Source of the DNA: an uncultured virus (IMG/VR IMGVR_UViG_3300044513_000589)
Lineage: Duplodnaviria > Heunggongvirae > Uroviricota > Caudoviricetes
Direction: 5' to 3' (one strand)
DNA length: 64,000 bases
Virus record (IMG/VR): IMGVR_UViG_3300044513_000589
Shown here piece after piece: positions 58,611 through 64,000 of the stretch. Below the pieces are notes generated by a model. That model had not been told where the DNA came from. It saw nothing but the letters and a program-made list of their open reading frames with translations, and did not search any database. Numbering within the stretch: the stretch's first letter is position 1; each line of letters opens with the position of its first letter. The translations under genes and the position numbers were made by a program.

Positions 58611-59056
58611 CAGCAACCTTTGCTGACCAGGAGGTTAAATGGACTCCTGATGATATGGTCGAAGTGAGTTTGACTGAGCCAGATGATTTCCTGAAGGTGC
58701 GAGAAACACTTACGAGGATCGGAGTAGCATCCCGTAAGGAAAAGAAACTCTACCAATCCTGCCACATCCTTCACAAGCAAGGTAGGTATTACATTGTTCA
58801 CTTTAAGGAACTGTTTGCCCTTGATGGTAAGAAAGCAAACCTTTCTCTTAATGATGTACAACGCCGTAATAGAATCATTCAACTCCTGTCTGACTGGGGT
58901 CTAGTTGGTATTGTCAACGCTGCTGATGTAGTAGACGTGGCACCTTTGAGCCAGATCAAAGTTCTTTCTTACAAAGATAAGAATGGTTGGACGTTGGAAT
59001 CAAAATATAATATTGGCAAAAAGAAAACAAATTCTGTAGAAGCAACTTCTGCTTGA
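58607..59056 (+). CDS. regA: Translational repressor RegA
   Basis: DDFLKVRETLTRIG, LYQSCHILHKQG.YYIVHFKE. Confidence 0.97.
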   Translation: MTATFADQEVKWTPDDMVEVSLTEPDDFLKVRETLTRIGVASRKEKKLYQSCHILHKQGRYYIVHFKELFALDGKKANLSLNDVQRRNRIIQLLSDWGLVGIVNAADVVDVAPLSQIKVLSYKDKNGWTLESKYNIGKKKTNSVEATSA

Positions 59057-59062
59057 TAAATA

Positions 59063-59141
59063 GTTCTGTCGCTCTCGTGCGGCACGCTACACATACGGAA
59101 AACGCTACCTTGGGGGATCGGTTATCCGATCCTCTTTTTTT
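59063..59141 (+). ncRNA. Candidate small RNA between regA and hsp20
   Basis: ATAAATA at 59056-59062, 5' hairpin TGTCGC/GCGGCA, terminator 3' end, no ORF. Confidence 0.35.
59113..59141 (+). terminator. Rho-independent terminator
   Basis: GGGGATCGG-TTAT-CCGATCCTC + T7. Confidence 0.88.
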
Positions 59142-59163
59142 ATAAGTTTTGACTATATAATTA

Positions 59164-59215
59164 CGGTTGCCTTCGGGGACCACACAACGCAATCTCGCTT
59201 TCAGGAGAGCTAAAA
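59164..59215 (+). promoter_or_regulatory. Structured hsp20 leader
   Basis: GGTTGCC-TTCG-GGGACC hairpin; the SD AGGAG can pair within TCTCGCTTTCAGGAGAGC. Confidence 0.45.
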
Positions 59216-59662
59216 ATGACTGGACTGTCTAAGTGGACATCGAAAGATGCTGACAAATTTTTTGATGCTGTAAACAAATACAGCGTAGGAATGGATGACA
59301 TCATCCATAGACTACATTCATATGGATACCACCAACCTGGCGGACAATACCCACCATATAACATTGTGAAGGAATCCAATGTCAAGTGGCGTATTGAAGT
59401 AGCACTTGCTGGATGGGATAAGAACGACATTGAGGTAAGCACAGAGACAAACGTTCTTCTCATTCGGTCCAAGGCAGCGAAGGACACCATGGAAGAAGAG
59501 TACATGCATCGTGGTGTGGCGACGAGAACCTTCGCTAGAGGATTCAACTTGGCTGATGATGTTGAGGTAGGAGATGTGACCTTTAAGGATGGTCTTCTTA
59601 TAATCCCCCTCAAGAAGATCATTCCAGAACATCAGGCACTAAAGGTGTATGAAATCAACTAA
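59216..59662 (+). CDS. hsp20: Small heat-shock protein
   Basis: YPPYNI, IEVALAG, YMHRGVATRTF.R.F.L, DGLL. Confidence 0.95.
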   Translation: MTGLSKWTSKDADKFFDAVNKYSVGMDDIIHRLHSYGYHQPGGQYPPYNIVKESNVKWRIEVALAGWDKNDIEVSTETNVLLIRSKAAKDTMEEEYMHRGVATRTFARGFNLADDVEVGDVTFKDGLLIIPLKKIIPEHQALKVYEIN

Positions 59663-59692
59663 ATAATTCTGCCCAAATATCGTCGGCGCACG

Positions 59693-59729
59693 GGGGCGGC
59701 TTGACAAAGACCAAGCCGCCCCTTATAAT
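59693..59729 (+). promoter_or_regulatory. Perfect sigma70 promoter embedded in an 11-bp inverted repeat
   Basis: TTGACA (59701-59706), 17 nt, TATAAT (59724-59729); arms GGGGCGGCTTG / CAAGCCGCCCC. Confidence 0.8.
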
Positions 59730-59751
59730 TTGTATGGACTTGTAGTTAATC

Positions 59752-60111
59752 ATGGTTGAAGCAGAACGCATTAAACTTATCCTCACTAAAGTAGGTGAGC
59801 ATGTTATTGCTGATGTTCAAGAAGCAGTAGATAAGGAAACTGGTGATCGTAAGGCTTATATTCTGACCGTTCCCTATACGGTACAGATTGCTGAGCAGCC
59901 TGAAAGCCAAGTGGACCTTGACACTTTTGAAGATCAGGAAGTAAAGATTAGATACCGCCCCTGGTGCCCCTTCACTATCGATCAGCGCATTGCTATTGAG
60001 TGTGACTATGTGGTTTCTATCATGGACCCAGCACCTAGTCTTCTTCAAACGTATCTGAGTAATGTACGTGCCAAGCAAGGCGATCGTTATGTTGATGATG
60101 ACAAAGAATGA
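59752..60111 (+). CDS. Sm-like-fold hypothetical protein
   Basis: IKLILTKVGEHVIA...VP...RPWCPFT.D...VVSIMDP. Confidence 0.7.
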   Translation: MVEAERIKLILTKVGEHVIADVQEAVDKETGDRKAYILTVPYTVQIAEQPESQVDLDTFEDQEVKIRYRPWCPFTIDQRIAIECDYVVSIMDPAPSLLQTYLSNVRAKQGDRYVDDDKE

Positions 60112-60587
60112 GTATTAAACTGATTTACATGAGGACGGGTGAGGAAGTAATCTCTGAAGTAAAAGAGATTGCCCACCCCGAGAGTGGTGAACCTATTGGT
60201 TACCACATGCATAAACCTTTCCGTCTGGATATTGTCCAGCAGAATATTGAATTCAATAGTGAGAAGGGTTATCAATTGGAGTGGTTCCCCTGGGCACCTC
60301 TCAGTAAAGACAGAGATTTCTTTATCCCAGGATCACAAGTGATCACTGTCTATGAGCCACTAGACTCTCTGATTTCGCAGTATGTTTCTGCCATTGATGA
60401 GACCAGATACGAAGAGAATTTCCGTAAGCATGAGGCAAGATTTAATCTCAGTTACGAAGATATTGATCTCGATGATATGTTTGACGAAGCTGAGAAAATG
60501 TTAGCCGAATTGGAGGAAGACAATGGAGATAGTCCTGCTGCTGCTGAAGACGGGGGAGTACGTCCTGAGTCAAGTGGAGACACTTGA
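60108..60587 (+). CDS. Sm-like-fold hypothetical protein with acidic tail
   Basis: IKLIYMRTGEEVIS...KP...FPWAPLS.D...VITVYEP. Confidence 0.7.
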   Translation: MSIKLIYMRTGEEVISEVKEIAHPESGEPIGYHMHKPFRLDIVQQNIEFNSEKGYQLEWFPWAPLSKDRDFFIPGSQVITVYEPLDSLISQYVSAIDETRYEENFRKHEARFNLSYEDIDLDDMFDEAEKMLAELEEDNGDSPAAAEDGGVRPESSGDT

Positions 60588-60759
60588 CGAGGAGCCTGCT
60601 TGCCACCTCTACCTACCATACAAAGTAGTTAATGGTATGTTGGAACCTTGGCCAGAATACACAGTGGACCAAGACGTGTTGCTTTATACCTCATTCATTG
60701 CTACAATACTAGAACCCGACCCAGCGTTGGTGGAAAAGTACAAGGTTCTGACTGAATGA
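60523..60759 (+). CDS. Sm-like-fold hypothetical protein
   Basis: LLLLKTGEYVLS...LP...EPWP...D...IATILEP; GGAGG SD; ATGA overlap with g43. Confidence 0.7.
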   Translation: MEIVLLLLKTGEYVLSQVETLDEEPACHLYLPYKVVNGMLEPWPEYTVDQDVLLYTSFIATILEPDPALVEKYKVLTE

Positions 60760-63257
60760 GTTTTTATACGAACGTACAACTGGTCGGTGATGACCTTCTC
60801 TATCTTGGATATCAAGAGGGACCTGGCGGTCTGCTTGAGCGTATCCAAAGACGGATGAAGTTCTCTCCGACTTTGTTTGTTTGTACCGATAAGAAGACGA
60901 ACTACAAGACTCTGGATGGCAGGTATGCTAAGCCTGTCAAGTTCGAGTCTGTCCGAGAGGCACGAGGATTCGTTGACAAGTATAAGGATGTAGATGGGTT
61001 TGATGTCCATGGATATGACCGTTACCTCTATCAATATATCTCCGAGGAATTTCCAGGAGAAGTGGACTACGATCTTAAAACTCTTAAGATTACGTCTCTT
61101 GATATTGAAGTTGCGTGTGAAAATGGTTTCCCTAACGTGCGTGAGTGCGCTGAACCTCTTCTGTCGATCACAGTCCAGGATTACACTAGCAAACTCATTA
61201 AAGTATGGGGAACTAAGCCCTACCATACGGATCGCAAAGATGTGGAGTATATCCTTTGCGACGGTGAAGAACATCTTCTCCGTTCTTTCCTGGCTTATTG
61301 GCAGACTTCATTCCCAGATGTTCTTACAGGGTGGAATGTCGAGCTGTATGATGTGCCTTATATTTGTGGACGTTTGGAACGTCTGTTTGGGGAAAAGGAG
61401 ATGAAGCAGATCTCCCCTTGGGGTATTGTCCACAGGGAGGAGATGGAGATCAAAGGTCGCCAGCAGATCTTGTACAACATGTACGGCATTAACGTGCTGG
61501 ACTATCTTGATCTGTATAAGAAGTTCACTTATACAAACCAAGAATCTTATCGCCTTGACCACATTGCCTTTGTGGAACTCGGGCAGAACAAGTTGGATCA
61601 CAGTGAGTTCGAGAACTTCAAGGAGTTCTACACTCGTGACTGGCAGAAGTTCATCGACTACAACATCAAGGACGTGGAGCTTGTTCTACGCCTTGAGGAA
61701 AAGATGAAGTTGGTTGAGCTTGCCATCGCCTTGGCTTATGACGCCAAGGTGAACATGAAAGATGTGTACTATCAGGTACGCATGTGGGATACTCTTATCT
61801 ACAATTATTTGAGGGACAAGAACCTCGTAGTTCCCCCTGCGAAACGTAGTTCAAAGAATGAGAAGTATGCTGGTGCGTATGTTAAAGAGCCTGTTCCTGG
61901 GAGATACGAGTGGGTCGTCTCATTTGACCTCAACTCGCTATATCCTCACCTCATCATGCAATACAACATCTCGCCAGAGACGTTGGTTGCTCAAAAGCAT
62001 CCATACGCAACCGTAGATAAGTTGCTCAACCAAGCAGTTGAGCCTGACCCTAGGTATGCTTTGTGTGCTAATGGATCACAGTACCGTAAGGACATTCATG
62101 GTTTTCTTCCCCAGATGATGAAGAAGATCTACGATGAACGTGTTCAAAGCAAGAAGTTAATGCTTGCTGCCAAGCAGGAGTATGAGAAGAATCCTTCTAA
62201 GGAAATCGAGAAGGCAATCAGTAAGTACAACAACATCCAGATGGCTCGTAAGATCCAACTGAACAGTGCTTATGGTGCCATCGGTAACCAATACTTCCGC
62301 TACTATAACCTCGCTAACGCCGAGGCAATCACCTTGTCTGGTCAGGTGTCGATCCGCTGGATCGAAAACAAAATGAACCAGTACCTAAACAACTTACTTA
62401 AAACGGAGAACCAGGACTATGTTATTGCCAGTGATACTGACAGCATCTATCTCTGTCTTGATGTACTCGTTAATCGCGTATTTGATGTACCGAATGTTCC
62501 TAAATCGCGCATCGTCAACTTTCTCGATGCTGCCTGTAAGGATCAAATCGAACCCTTCATCACAAGATCATACGAAGAACTAGCCACATACGCTAACGCT
62601 TATGATCAGAAGATGTTCATGAAGCGTGAGAACATTGCTGACCGTGGTATCTGGACTGCTAAGAAGCGATACATCCTCAACGTCTGGGACAGCGAGGGTG
62701 TACGCTATGCTGAACCCAAGCTTAAAATGATGGGTATCGAAGCAGTCAAGTCTTCTACACCTGCTCCCTGCCGCAAAGCAATTAAGGAAGCCCTGACAAT
62801 CATGATGTCAGGAAGTGAGGATGATCTGATATCTTACATAGATAGATTCAGGGATGAATTCGACTCGTTACCGCCCGAAGATATTGCGTTTCCGAGGTCG
62901 GTCAATGGAATATCCAAGTTCAAGGCGCAAGGTACCGTCTATTCAAAGGGCTGCCCTCTACATGTTCGTGGAGCGTTGCTTTATAATTTTCATGTCGGTC
63001 AGAAAGATCTAGAAAACAAGTACCCACTCATCCAAGAGGGTGAGAAAATTAAATATCTCTATCTCAGGAAGCATAACAAGATTGGCGAAAATGTTATCTC
63101 CTTCCTTAATACATTCCCAAGAGAACTGGGTCTAGAGAACGCCATTGATCGCACCACTCAGTTCCAAAAAGCCTTTCTCGATCCTTTACAGATCATCACC
63201 GACGTGATAGGATGGGAGACTGAGAAAGTATCCAACCTAGAATTTTTATTCGCATGA
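60756..63257 (+). CDS. g43: Family B DNA polymerase gp43
   Basis: DIEV exonuclease, [27 protein letters not shown]. Confidence 0.98.
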   Translation: MSFYTNVQLVGDDLLYLGYQEGPGGLLERIQRRMKFSPTLFVCTDKKTNYKTLDGRYAKPVKFESVREARGFVDKYKDVDGFDVHGYDRYLYQYISEEFPGEVDYDLKTLKITSLDIEVACENGFPNVRECAEPLLSITVQDYTSKLIKVWGTKPYHTDRKDVEYILCDGEEHLLRSFLAYWQTSFPDVLTGWNVELYDVPYICGRLERLFGEKEMKQISPWGIVHREEMEIKGRQQILYNMYGINVLDYLDLYKKFTYTNQESYRLDHIAFVELGQNKLDHSEFENFKEFYTRDWQKFIDYNIKDVELVLRLEEKMKLVELAIALAYDAKVNMKDVYYQVRMWDTLIYNYLRDKNLVVPPAKRSSKNEKYAGAYVKEPVPGRYEWVVSFDLNSLYPHLIMQYNISPETLVAQKHPYATVDKLLNQAVEPDPRYALCANGSQYRKDIHGFLPQMMKKIYDERVQSKKLMLAAKQEYEKNPSKEIEKAISKYNNIQMARKIQLNSAYGAIGNQYFRYYNLANAEAITLSGQVSIRWIENKMNQYLNNLLKTENQDYVIASDTDSIYLCLDVLVNRVFDVPNVPKSRIVNFLDAACKDQIEPFITRSYEELATYANAYDQKMFMKRENIADRGIWTAKKRYILNVWDSEGVRYAEPKLKMMGIEAVKSSTPAPCRKAIKEALTIMMSGSEDDLISYIDRFRDEFDSLPPEDIAFPRSVNGISKFKAQGTVYSKGCPLHVRGALLYNFHVGQKDLENKYPLIQEGEKIKYLYLRKHNKIGENVISFLNTFPRELGLENAIDRTTQFQKAFLDPLQIITDVIGWETEKVSNLEFLFA

Positions 63258-64000
63258 GTTTTCTACATGATGTTGTCAAGGAAATTGACAATGATTACGC
63301 AGGTCTCCTATCCGAAGGATCTGTGGGTGATATCGGAGGGTATATTGACTCTGGCTCTCATATCTTCAACGCCCTTGTTAGCGGCAGTATTTTTGGTGGC
63401 ATTCCCTCAAACAAAATTACCGCAATCGCAGGAGAATCTTCGACAGGTAAGACATTCTTCTGCCTGGGTATGGTATCAAGCTTCCTCTCTTCAAACCCTG
63501 ACGCAGGTGTTGTCTACTTTGAAAGCGAATCGGCAATCTCAAAGACCATGATTGAAGAGAGAGGTATCGATTCCTCTCGTATGATCCTGGTTCCTGTGAC
63601 TACGGTACAAGAGTTCCGCACACAAGCCATCAGGATCCTTGATAAGTATATGGAACAAAAGGAAGACGATCGCAAGCCCCTGATGTTTGTGCTTGACTCC
63701 CTGGGTATGCTGTCTACTACTAAGGAGATTGAAGACTCTGAGGCAGGTAAGGAGACTCGTGACATGACACGAGCACAGGTTACTAAGTCCATCTTCCGTA
63801 TCCTCACCCTTAAGTTGGGTAAGGCGAATGTTCCTATGATCGTGACCAACCACACCTATGATGTGGTGGGTGCCTATGTGCCAACCAAAGAAATGGGCGG
63901 TGGTAGTGGACTGAAGTACGCAGCATCGACTATCATATATTTGTCCAAGTCGAAGGAACGCGATGGCAAAGAGGTGGTGGGTAACATCATCAAAGCAACA
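63254..64000 (+). CDS. uvsX: RecA-like recombinase UvsX (3'-truncated by the window; absent from the ORF track)
   Basis: The ATG at 63254 translates [17 protein letters not shown]...[10 protein letters not shown]...DSLGML...NHTY...MGGGSG. Confidence 0.95.
   Translation, partial: MSFLHDVVKEIDNDYAGLLSEGSVGDIGGYIDSGSHIFNALVSGSIFGGIPSNKITAIAGESSTGKTFFCLGMVSSFLSSNPDAGVVYFESESAISKTMIEERGIDSSRMILVPVTTVQEFRTQAIRILDKYMEQKEDDRKPLMFVLDSLGMLSTTKEIEDSEAGKETRDMTRAQVTKSIFRILTLKLGKANVPMIVTNHTYDVVGAYVPTKEMGGGSGLKYAASTIIYLSKSKERDGKEVVGNIIKAT

Noticed and set aside
32180..63257. Introns, inteins or homing endonucleases in g17, g20, g23, uvsW, g46 or g43
   Set aside because: The ORFs are continuous and of ordinary length, and I saw no HNH, GIY-YIG or LAGLIDADG motifs.
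63267..63855. Three short ORFs at the window end
   Set aside because: They are alternative frames of uvsX, which starts at 63254 and runs off the window.
1..64000. tRNA genes, CRISPR arrays, stop-codon recoding
   Set aside because: Intergenic gaps are short and show no cloverleaf or repeat-spacer pattern by eye. Core genes read through in the standard code. tRNAscan-SE was not run.

Overview
A 64 kb stretch of a T4-like cyanomyovirus (Kyanoviridae-like), coded almost entirely on the + strand. The left 24 kb is accessory and structural. It holds the 3' part of a giant tail-fibre gene, three tandem Gly-rich fibre-tip paralogues and a fibre-assembly-like protein. An overlapping enzyme operon follows, with two flavin-dependent halogenases and six 2OG-Fe(II)/JmjC oxygenases, and then a 1714-aa subtilase with Ig-like repeats. 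Next is the canonical morphogenesis block (g13-g23, g3), with a second fibre gene between g16 and g17. The right part holds uvsY, uvsW, g55, g47, g46, a peptidase-vWA/MoxR ('cobS') pair, pebS, g45, g44, dam, g62, regA, hsp20, g43 and the start of uvsX, with four more oxygenases wedged between these genes. The best novelty candidates are (i) a late-expressed fibre-tip/halogenase/oxygenase module that may chemically tailor the virion and (ii) four Sm-like paralogues next to regA and candidate small RNAs. Others are (iii) a virion subtilase at the fibritin position and (iv) palindrome- or hairpin-embedded promoters, including an antisense promoter back-to-back with g55. All assignments come from motif recognition and synteny by eye; no searches were run.
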